This document shows positions 1-8,984 of a stretch of DNA of 64,000 nt, piece after piece. The stretch is from positions 81,538 through 145,537 of the forward strand of contig JBAZVM010000002.1 of NCBI GenBank assembly GCA_041660885.1. The letters are read 5' to 3'. The notes under the pieces are model-generated. The model ran no database searches, was not told the DNA's origin, and was given only the letters and a program-made list of their open reading frames with translations. The stretch comes from Patescibacteria group bacterium. Its GTDB lineage: Bacteria > Patescibacteriota > Patescibacteriia > UBA9570 > JAHJKD01. The translations under genes and the position numbers were made by a program. The stretch's first letter is position 1, and every line of letters starts with the position of its first letter.

Positions 1-3000
1 GCGACATCAGAAGTATCTGTAAGCAGTGTGGTATTGTTTTGAGATAGGGTGGCTTTGGCATCGGCTATGGGAAAGCCTCTGGTGTTGTTGAGGGTTAATT
101 TTAGTCCGGATGATTCTACAGGGTTAGAAACGGTATTAGAAGAGGCGGAAACATCTTCATCTGAAGTAAAAGAAGCTGAAGCGGAATCTATTTGAGAAGA
201 AGAACAAGGATTATTGATTCTAACGACATAAGAAATAGTAAGTGTTTTGTCTTGGCCTATGGAAGGAGTGGTGAATGTTATGTTGCTGCCATTGGTGGTA
301 ATGACTGTGTTTTCGTTGCTACTGGTTGGAGTATTGGCTTGCAGAGTAGTGTCGGCTGGAATGGTATCGGTAATGACGGTGTTGCTGGCGGAAAGATCAC
401 CAGTATTTTCCGCGGTGATAGTATATTGAATATATTCATTAGGTTCGATGGTTTCTCCATTATCGTCGGCTGCTATGGAAGCAGGGTTAATTTGCCAAGA
501 TAAAGCAAAAACTATCATAGTAATGGCGGAAAAAACAGCCGAGGCTTTGTTTCCTAATGAAAGATATTTAGATTTTTCTATATTTGGCAAAGAAATAAAG
601 AAGAATAAAGCAAAAGAAAGAAAGAGCAATATGAATGTAATAGAATAAATATTTTTCTTAATCGTGCGAAAATAGTAATTAGCAGTACTTTCGGCATTAG
701 CTTGTTTAATGAGAATGTTAATAAAAGAGAATGGTCCGGTACTAATAGTGACTACTTTGGAAAGGGATATTTCCGGAGGTAAAGCGGTGTTTACGGTAAA
801 GCTTTTGATGGTAGACCAATCGCTCTTGGCACTTGATGGATCTGATACGCGAACAGACCAATAATAAGTGGTTTCTTCTGAAAGGGCGTCTGTAACTTTT
901 AAAGAGGCTGTGCCGATATTGGAAGTATAGCTATATTGGTTGTTGGTAATAGGGTCGCTATTGGTACTTACTCTTACATGGTAGGTAAGTTCTGATGAAG
1001 TGTTATCGGAATCGGTTGGAGCGGTCCAGGAAAGGGTTGGTTTGGTTGTGCCTACTTCTTCGTTGTTAGGACTAAAGCCGGAGGTGACTTTGTTGGGGGT
1101 GTCGTTTACATTATTGACGGTAAGATTGATTTGATTGCTGTTCTTAGAAACACCATTACTGTCCGTGGCATTAAAAGTAATAGTATCCGTACCGTACCAA
1201 TTTTCTTCTGGGGTAAGAGTAGCTGTACTGCCATCAATAGTTACCGTTATGTTATCCGGAGTATCCGTATCTAACAGGGAATAGGTTAAAGCTAAACTTT
1301 CTCTTTGAGTAAAGTAAGTGCTAAGAGTAATAGTGGAGGTATTATCTTCATTAAAGGAAATATCTGATATGGTGGAAGTGGCTATATCATCATTGGTATC
1401 CGTGTTATCCGTCACATAACCGGCTGGAGCCGTAGCAGAACAAAGAGAAGTGGTATTTAAAGGATTGCCTTTACCGTCTCCGTCGTAGTCGTAGTAGTAG
1501 GTTTGGTTGGCGGAGACTGCGGCGTCGTTGTCGTTACAGTCGGTGCTATCCATGAGGCCATCCGTGCCAGGTACATTATCGCCATCAGCGTCGAAATAAA
1601 TATAACCCAAGTAAACGGCCCCTGCCCAATCTCCTCCGGCATCATTACCATACGAGCCAATAATTACATCATAATAGTTATCATTATTCACATCACCAAC
1701 AGCCGGTGCACCAGCATAATCTTCAATCTCTTCACCAATAAATTTATAAGTATTTGCCGCAGATACAGTTATATCCGCTAGGTCCGTATCTTGGCCAAAT
1801 ATCAAATAAGCGGCACCGGAATCAGAGCCGGCGCCATCATGCTCGGTAGCACTGATTAATACATCATCATAGCCGTCGTTATTAACATCGCCGGCCGCGG
1901 AATATCTGGCAAAACGATCGCCGGCCGCTTCACCGGTAAATTTAATCGCGGTCGCCGCTGATAAAGTTATGTCCGCCAAATTCACGGCTTGACCGTAAAT
2001 AAGATAAGCGGCTCCGCTGTTAAGGCCGTTACCGTCGTTGGAAAAAATTTCTAATACAATATCATCATAGCCATCGTTATTAACATCGCCGGCAGGAGAA
2101 GAATCCCTCGCGCCATCATTTGCCGCTTCACCGGTAAATTTAACCGTGGTGACCGCCGATAAAGTTATGTCCGCCAATTCCGCGGCTTGACCGTAAATAA
2201 GATAAACAGCGCCGGCATCGGCACCGCCTCCGTCATTTTTAGTCGCGCCGGTCATTAGATCATCATAGCCATCGCCATTAACATCACCGGCAGAAGAAAC
2301 AGAGCCCCCTGCATAATCGCCTGCCACTTCACCAACAAATTTTGATGAATTAGCCGCCGATAAAGTTATATCCGCCAAATCCGCGGCTTGACCGTAAATA
2401 AGATAAGCGGCTCCGGCTTGCGCGCCACCTCCGTCATTCCAAAACGCTCCAATCATTAAATCATCCTATCCGTCGCAATTAACATCTCCATCTAAAGAAA
2501 CAGAACCGCCCGCATAATCAGCTGCCGCTTCACCGGTAAATTTAACCGTGGTGGCCGCCGATAAAGTTATATCCGCCAAATCCGCGGCTTGACCGTAAAT
2601 AAGATAAGCGGCTCCGCTGTTCAGGCCGTTACCGTCGTTAAAATCTGCTCCTATTAAAATATCATCGTAGCCATCACCATTAATATCGCCGGAGGAAATT
2701 GATACACCAGCATCATCATCCGCGGCTTCTCCGGTAAATTGGATTGCCGTTGCTGCTGATAATGTTAGATCGGAAATTTCCGCGGCTTGGCCGTAAATAA
2801 GATAAACTGCGCCGGCGCCGGCACCGCCGTCATCGTTCTCATTGGCGCTAATTAAAATATCATCGTAACCGTCGCCATTAATATCGCCCGAGGAAAAAAC
2901 CGGATTACCGGTATTGTTGTCTGCTGTCTCACCCAATATTTTTGTTAATTCACTCAAATCAAATTGTTCCTGAGTAATGCCCAAAACAGGAATCACAAAA

Positions 3001-3041
3001 AATAATACTAGCAGAAATAGTATTATTTTTTTATTTGCCAT
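1..3041 (-). pseudogene. Large FG-GAP-repeat surface protein (signal peptide, FG-GAP propeller, MopE-like motif, cadherin-like, FN3-like, TM hairpin, DUF11), >1,010 codons, interrupted by one in-frame TAG at 2466-2468; runs off the left edge
   Basis: Hand translation: after GDVNCDG-TAG the same frame continues DDLMIGAFWNDGGGAQAGAAYLIYGQ and stays open to base 1. It contains further GDVNxDGYDD blades, YYYDYDGDGKGNP..C..PAGYV, ISFNED..NWYGTDTITFNATD, TYYWSVRV and EPNEYIQYTITAENTG..VITDTIP. It could be an intact gene with a sequencing error. Confidence 0.8.
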
Positions 3042-3109
3042 ATTTTTTTTAAAAACAAAAAGACTAATTTATGATTATTATTATATAACTTTCCAACTAA
3101 TTATACAAA

Positions 3110-5338
3110 TTATTGAAGCGATAATTCGTAGGTGTTTTTTTTAGATAAATAGCGCAAGAGATATTTAACGAGAATTTTTCCTTTAGTATTTCTTAAGCGA
3201 ATAATATTGTTATGGTTGCTGGTTTTACTGGCATTTATTTTATCATTCTCAAAAGAAGCATATAGCTTCAAACCTAATTTTTCCTGATTAATTAATAATT
3301 TTATTACAGAAAGTTTTACTTTGCCTTTTTTATTCTTGGCTGTCACCACTGCCCATTTCTTATCTCTTAGAGTATACGTTTTTAAAGAATTAGATTTATA
3401 ATTTTTATCAGCTAATTTCTTTGAAGAAAGCACGGCAAGGGCGTTAATATCCACCAAAGCCAAGCTTCTTGCTTTAGGGTGCAAAGCTAAATAATAATTA
3501 TCTTGATACTGTTGCAGGGTGACGTCATCCGTACCAGTATAGTCAAAGACATGTATGATAGCGGTTTCGCTGTTTATATAAGTAATGGTAATATCGCCGT
3601 TATCCCCCGCGGTAATAGTAGAAATGTCTTTAATAGTATCATCACTATCATTGCTATTGGTAACATACCCGGCAGGAGCCGTGGCAGAACAAATAGAATC
3701 GGTAATTAAAGGGTTACCCAAGCCATCGCCATCTAAATCCTGATAATAAGTTTGATTAGCGGAAACTGTAGCGTCATTATCATTGCAATCCGTACCAGTT
3801 TCACTGCCGTCATTATCATAGTCATTATCGTTGGTGTCTGCACCATCAAATAAACCGTCGGTGCCAGCCAAGCCATCACCATCGTTATCAATATACAGAT
3901 AGCCAATATAAACCGCGCCATAACCTTGCGGCCCGGCTCCTTTAGCGCCAATATTCAAATTTAATTTATCCCCCGCACCACCGCCACCATCGGTATTTTT
4001 AGAAGCACCGATTATAATATCCGAGAATCCGTCGCCGTTTATATCCCCGGCGCCAAGGGCAGTGCCGCTATAATCACCCGCGTTTTCCCCCGTGAATTTG
4101 ATAGTATCTGATAATAAAGTATTGGAAAAATTCGTTGTTTGTCCGTAAATTAAATACGTTGCTCCTGATAATAATCCATTTGTATCATCCCCATTCGCAT
4201 TAATTAATATATCATCATAGCCATCGTTATTTACATCTGATGCCGATGCAACAAAATTACCCGCAAAATCTGATGCCAGTTCTCCGGTAAACTTTACGGC
4301 CGTAGATAAAGAAGCACTGGTTAAATTTTCCGCTTGGCCATAGATAAGGTAAGCGGCGCCTTTAAATTCATCATAACCCCTGCTGCCAACAAGAAAATCG
4401 CTATAACCATCGCCATCCACATCTCCGGCAGAGGATACGGAATAACCGGCATAGTCGTTCGCCACTTCACCAGTAAACTTTACAGCGGTCGATAAAGAAG
4501 CACTGGTTAAATTTTCCGCTTGGCCATAGATAAGGTAAGCGGAACCGGCCGCAACATCAGGATCATCTGATGCATAAGCTCCGACTAGCATATCATCATA
4601 GCCATCGCCATCCACATCTCCGGCAGAGGATACGGAATACCCGGCAGAGTCGCCATACAATTCACCGGTAAACTTTACAGCGGTCGATAAAGAAGCACTG
4701 GTTAAATTTTCCGCTTGGCCATAGATAAGGTAAGCGGAACCGGCTGAAATATCGGGATCATCTGTTCGGTATGCCCCAATAATCATATCATCGTAGCCAT
4801 CGTTATCCACGTCCCCGGCAGAGGATACGGAATACCCGGCATAATCATCCGACGCTTCACCGGAGAACTTTACAGCGGTCGATAAAGAAGCACTGGTTAA
4901 ATTTTCCGCTTGGCCATAGATAAGGTAAGCGGCGCCTTTAGTTGAGGATTCGGCAAAAGCTCCGATCAAAATATCGTCATAGCCATCTCCGTTCACATCT
5001 CCAGCCGAAGCTATAGATGTCCCGACAAAATTATTTATTGCTTCACCAGTAAATTCTACGGCCGTTGATAGCGGGCCGCCGCTTAACTGAGACTCTTGTC
5101 CATATATCAAATAAATGGATCCCGATTGAGACGCGGCTGAACTTCGATAAGTAGCGCTAATAATAACATCGTCATAGCCATCTCCGTTCACATCTCCAGC
5201 CGAAGCTACGGAATATCCTGCCTGGTCGCTTTCTGCTAAACCGGTATATTCTTGGAACAAAGAAAGATTATAAGTATCCGCGCTGGCAATAATCGGGAAA
5301 ATGCTCAGACTTAGAATCAATAAAATTACTTTTTTCAT
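3110..5338 (-). CDS. Secreted FG-GAP (integrin alpha-like) propeller protein with MopE-like motif and Lys-rich C-terminal domain
   Basis: Signal peptide MKKVILLILSLSIFPIIASA; seven AGDV(N/D)xDGY(D/S)D-type blades, most followed by YLIYGQ; YYQDLDGDGLGNP..C..PAGYV; basic last ~170 aa. Confidence 0.9.
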   Translation of the reverse strand: MKKVILLILSLSIFPIIASADTYNLSLFQEYTGLAESDQAGYSVASAGDVNGDGYDDVIISATYRSSAASQSGSIYLIYGQESQLSGGPLSTAVEFTGEAINNFVGTSIASAGDVNGDGYDDILIGAFAESSTKGAAYLIYGQAENLTSASLSTAVKFSGEASDDYAGYSVSSAGDVDNDGYDDMIIGAYRTDDPDISAGSAYLIYGQAENLTSASLSTAVKFTGELYGDSAGYSVSSAGDVDGDGYDDMLVGAYASDDPDVAAGSAYLIYGQAENLTSASLSTAVKFTGEVANDYAGYSVSSAGDVDGDGYSDFLVGSRGYDEFKGAAYLIYGQAENLTSASLSTAVKFTGELASDFAGNFVASASDVNNDGYDDILINANGDDTNGLLSGATYLIYGQTTNFSNTLLSDTIKFTGENAGDYSGTALGAGDINGDGFSDIIIGASKNTDGGGGAGDKLNLNIGAKGAGPQGYGAVYIGYLYIDNDGDGLAGTDGLFDGADTNDNDYDNDGSETGTDCNDNDATVSANQTYYQDLDGDGLGNPLITDSICSATAPAGYVTNSNDSDDTIKDISTITAGDNGDITITYINSETAIIHVFDYTGTDDVTLQQYQDNYYLALHPKARSLALVDINALAVLSSKKLADKNYKSNSLKTYTLRDKKWAVVTAKNKKGKVKLSVIKLLINQEKLGLKLYASFENDKINASKTSNHNNIIRLRNTKGKILVKYLLRYLSKKNTYELSLQ
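4305..4932. repeat. Four identical 52-nt copies within the FG-GAP blades (starts 4305, 4491, 4686, 4881)
   Basis: gataaagaagcactggttaaattttccgcttggccatagataaggtaagcgg recurs at spacings of 186, 195 and 195 nt, encoding AYLIYGQAENLTSASLS. Confidence 0.9.
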
Positions 5339-5344
5339 AAAATA

Positions 5345-7780
5345 TTATTTAACTAAATATAATTTATATTTGGCTTTCTTTTTTAAGTAAGATAACTGAT
5401 ATTCTTTTAAGTGTTTTCCGTTTTTATTATTAAGATAAATAGAGTTCTTCTTTTTGGTAGTCTTTTTAATTTTAATTTTAACGTTCTCTGTTAAAGCTTT
5501 GGCTTTTTTTCCAAGTTTAGTTGTACTGATTTTTAGTTTGACCACATACAGCCGAACTTTAATTTTTTTCTTGGAAATGATGGTGACAAATTTAGAGTGG
5601 TTAATAGTAAAAATTTTTATTGCGTTATTCTTGAATTTAACTTTCTTGGATAATAATTTTCTGGAAAGCACTTCCCCATTATATACATTCACCAAAGCTA
5701 ATTTCTTGCCCCATGGGTGCGTTACTAAATAGTAACCGGTGTTTTGGTATTGTTTTACTTTGGTTTTCTTTTTAGATACTATGGAATATATATTATATGA
5801 ATAAACGGAATAATCTGCGTAAGTTACTAAAATATTTCCATGAGAATAGCCAACAACGGAAATAATAGAGTTTAGATAGGCAGCTTGATCTGTGGGATCA
5901 ATAGCGCCATAAACCGGGTGTATACCGTTTTCGGAAAGCGTGTTTACCTCATCTATAGTGCCGTCGCTATCGTTATCTATGCCATCTCCCCCTATTTCAA
6001 TATTGTCTTCGTCTCCACTATTGCCACTATCATCAGTATCGTCGTCGTTAGCCACATACCCCGCGGGTGGCGTAGCTGAACAAACAGTAGTGCAAGTGTT
6101 CGGATTGCCCAAACCATCTCCATCGGCATCTTGATAATAAGTCTGGTTCTCATGAACCGCGGAATCAGTGTCGCTGCAATCAGTGCTATTAGTGGAATAA
6201 CCGGCAGGCACGGTAGAAGAGCACACTGCCGTAATGGTTGTTGACCCATACCCGTCGCTATCGCTATCAACATAATAATTCGTGGTCGCGGAAATATTAA
6301 GATCGCTATCATTGCAATCCGTGCCATCTATTATGCCATCAGTGCCGGGCACGCCGTCGCCATCGCCATCGGACATGAGATATCCTAAATAGGCGGCGCC
6401 GGAATTAAAACCGCCTTCTTGATTGGTTGGATTTCCTATAACTACGTCCGCTAAACTATCATTATTAATATCACCGGCTAAAGACAAGCTATAGCCATAA
6501 TCATTAAAATAGATAACAGCGGTATCGCTAATGGTACCGCTACTTAGAGAAGAGCTTCCATATACCAAATAAACTTCTGTGGCTGCATCACCGATTAATA
6601 TATCATCATAGCCGTCGTTATTAACATCGCCGGCCGAAGCCACGGATACACCAAGATGAGAAACATCCCCTCCATTATAGACTACATCAGCAGAAGAAAA
6701 AGTACCTCCGGCTAAATTATCTCCGTAAAAAATAAAAACTTTTCCATTATCGGTCTCATTCGGACAACCGACGATAATATCGTCATAATTATCATTATTA
6801 ACATCGCCAGTCGTAACAGAATAAGTTACGCCCTCACCATGGATGCTGTTGCGATAAATAGTTTGCGAGGATAAATGCGTGTCCGTTAAACTGCCGGTTC
6901 CATAAACAATATAAAGGCCAGCATTTTCGCTGGAAAGATTGTAATCAATAAACGCGTAATCCGGGTAACTGTCATTATTAAAATTACCCACGGCCATATT
7001 TTTTTCCAGTCCGATATCATAACCAAGCTCTACTTCGAGCCCGTCGTGATCACCGAAAAATTTTACATCAGCCGCTGTTTCCAGGCTGGCGGCATCCGCG
7101 CTGAATCTGGTTTCTTGACCATATATCATAAACACCGCGCCTTCTCCGTATCCGTCTATGCTGGCGCTATAATTGGGAACGCCTATTAAAAAATCATCAT
7201 AGCCATCGGCATTGGCATCTCCGCTGGAAGCCAGAGAGGATCCGATATATAAACCAGCAGAGTCCCCGTACCATGAGGCATCAGAATCTGAATCTAAATC
7301 ATAGTTTCCGCTATACTGCTCTGCTTGGCCATATACTAAATAAACCATACCATTGCCCTCTCCTCCATATGGCGGAGCACTAATTAAGATATCGTCATAA
7401 CCATCATTATCCACATCGCCTGCTGATGCAACGGCAAAGCCCGTGGAATTATTACTGGCAGTACCATGAAAATGAGCATCAGCAACGGACAAATCTATAC
7501 TTGTTAAAGAATTTTCGCTTCCATAAATTAAATATACAGTTCCGACACCTATATCCAAGCCATCATCCGCGGTATAGGCACCTATCAATATATCATTATA
7601 ACCATCGCCATTAAAATCACCGTCCGATGAAACAGCGTTTCCTGCTTGATCACCATACGCTTCTTCGTTTCCTTCTTCACCTGTGAATTGAACCAATTCA
7701 TCCACGCTGACTTCAGTCGCTGTTGCGGAAACGATTAGTGGCAGAAATAATAATATCAAGCCTAATAATACTTTTTTCAT
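5345..7780 (-). CDS. Secreted FG-GAP propeller protein with MopE-like metal-binding repeats and Lys-rich C-terminal domain
   Basis: Signal peptide; GD(V/F)NxDGYDD blades; YYxDxDGDGxG..C..PAGY..DCxD repeats; EIGGDGIDNDSDGTIDE; very basic C-terminus. Confidence 0.9.
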   Translation of the reverse strand: MKKVLLGLILLFLPLIVSATATEVSVDELVQFTGEEGNEEAYGDQAGNAVSSDGDFNGDGYNDILIGAYTADDGLDIGVGTVYLIYGSENSLTSIDLSVADAHFHGTASNNSTGFAVASAGDVDNDGYDDILISAPPYGGEGNGMVYLVYGQAEQYSGNYDLDSDSDASWYGDSAGLYIGSSLASSGDANADGYDDFLIGVPNYSASIDGYGEGAVFMIYGQETRFSADAASLETAADVKFFGDHDGLEVELGYDIGLEKNMAVGNFNNDSYPDYAFIDYNLSSENAGLYIVYGTGSLTDTHLSSQTIYRNSIHGEGVTYSVTTGDVNNDNYDDIIVGCPNETDNGKVFIFYGDNLAGGTFSSADVVYNGGDVSHLGVSVASAGDVNNDGYDDILIGDAATEVYLVYGSSSLSSGTISDTAVIYFNDYGYSLSLAGDINNDSLADVVIGNPTNQEGGFNSGAAYLGYLMSDGDGDGVPGTDGIIDGTDCNDSDLNISATTNYYVDSDSDGYGSTTITAVCSSTVPAGYSTNSTDCSDTDSAVHENQTYYQDADGDGLGNPNTCTTVCSATPPAGYVANDDDTDDSGNSGDEDNIEIGGDGIDNDSDGTIDEVNTLSENGIHPVYGAIDPTDQAAYLNSIISVVGYSHGNILVTYADYSVYSYNIYSIVSKKKTKVKQYQNTGYYLVTHPWGKKLALVNVYNGEVLSRKLLSKKVKFKNNAIKIFTINHSKFVTIISKKKIKVRLYVVKLKISTTKLGKKAKALTENVKIKIKKTTKKKNSIYLNNKNGKHLKEYQLSYLKKKAKYKLYLVK

Positions 7781-7817
7781 ATATAATATTTAATAATATA
7801 GATAAACTATACCATAT

Positions 7818-7846
7818 TTGCCAAAGATAACAAAACATGATATTTT
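7818..7846 (+). promoter_or_regulatory. Putative sigma70 promoter for dprA-topA
   Basis: TTGCCA-17 nt-TATTTT with TG at the extended -10 position, upstream of ATG 7881. Confidence 0.45.
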
Positions 7847-7880
7847 AAATTTAGGCGACCCCTTTGTTGGGGTATTTTTT

Positions 7881-8984
7881 ATGGAAAAAATCTATTTTCA
7901 TGCGTTTAATTTGGTTCCGCATATCGGGCCAAAAAGAATTAACAAGCTGCTAAAATACTTTGGTAATTTACAATCCGCGTGGTTAGCAGATTACGCAGAT
8001 TTATATCAAAGTGGCTTAGAAAATTTTGTCATTAATAAATTTCTGGCAATAAGAAAAGATATTAATCCTGAACAAGAGTGGAATAATATTTTCCAGGATA
8101 TTAAAGTTGTTACAGTTGAAGACTCAGAATATCCTAAACAGCTTAAAGAAATTGCCTCTCCCCCTTCTATTCTATATGTAAGAGGTAACGAACAAGTATT
8201 AAAAGACGATTCCATAGCCATTGTCGGCACCAGGCGCATGAGCGCGTACGGCCAGCGCGTGTGCGAGCAATTAACCAAACGACTTACGCAAATTGATTTA
8301 ACTGTAATAAGCGGTTTGGCCGATGGCATAGACACGCAAAGCCATAAAACTTGCCTTATAAATAATGGAAAGACTATTGCCGTGCTTGGCTCCGGCATTA
8401 ATAATAATTGTGTTTTCCCCGCGAACAATCGGCTTCTGGCGGAAAGGATTGCCCAATCAGGAGGCGCTATTATTTCCGAGTATCCACCACACGCCAAAGC
8501 CCAGCGCCAATTCTTTCCCGCGCGCAACAGAATCATTTCCGGGCTTTCCTTGGGCACTATTGTTATAGAAGCGGCCAATAAATCCGGCGCGCTTATCACC
8601 GCCTACTTTGCCTTGGAACAGAATAAGGAAGTATTCGCCGTACCGGGTTCTATTTTTAGTTCTCGTTCCGACGGTTGCCACACGCTTATAAAGAAAGGCG
8701 CGAAATTAGTGGCTAATATACAGGATATTTTGGAGGAATTGCCGGAAAAATATCGCTTTAATCAATCCACGGGGATGCCGGACAATTCGATGGTGAGTGA
8801 TTTAAATTCCGATGAAAAAATTATATTGCATAATATTTCCTCCGAACCCGTTCACATTGACAAGATTATAAAATCTTGTAGACTAAGTAAATCTTGCGCC
8901 CTTTCCGCGTTGACAACGCTGGAATTAAAGGGCTTAATAAAAAATATTGAGAGCAATCATTATATTATATGGCAAAAAATTTAG
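7881..8984 (+). CDS. dprA: DNA-processing protein DprA (likely start ATG 7881 rather than TTG 7818)
   Basis: YPKQLKEIASPP..LYVRG, IAIVGTR, VISGLADGIDT, FPARNRIISGLS, SGALITA, C-terminal winged-helix LTTLELKG. Confidence 0.95.
   Translation: MEKIYFHAFNLVPHIGPKRINKLLKYFGNLQSAWLADYADLYQSGLENFVINKFLAIRKDINPEQEWNNIFQDIKVVTVEDSEYPKQLKEIASPPSILYVRGNEQVLKDDSIAIVGTRRMSAYGQRVCEQLTKRLTQIDLTVISGLADGIDTQSHKTCLINNGKTIAVLGSGINNNCVFPANNRLLAERIAQSGGAIISEYPPHAKAQRQFFPARNRIISGLSLGTIVIEAANKSGALITAYFALEQNKEVFAVPGSIFSSRSDGCHTLIKKGAKLVANIQDILEELPEKYRFNQSTGMPDNSMVSDLNSDEKIILHNISSEPVHIDKIIKSCRLSKSCALSALTTLELKGLIKNIESNHYIIWQKI

Noticed and set aside
192-1781. Short ORFs listed at 192-1781
   Set aside because: They are shadows of the long minus-strand frame that runs off the window edge and so is absent from the track.
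2466-2468. Genome-wide TAG reassignment or pyrrolysine
   Set aside because: TAG ends intact genes (atpF, coaW, DedA, HI0933-like); only one internal TAG was found and no pyl genes or suppressor tRNA are in view.
4305-4932. CRISPR-like periodic repeats
   Set aside because: Spacings of 186-195 nt are in-frame protein blades; no cas genes are present.
1991-5210. Diversity-generating retroelement template/variable repeats
   Set aside because: No reverse transcriptase; differences are not visibly adenine-restricted and all copies are coding.
7407-7415. DnaA box TTATCCACA / oriC near parAB
   Set aside because: A single box in coding sequence, with no cluster or intergenic room.
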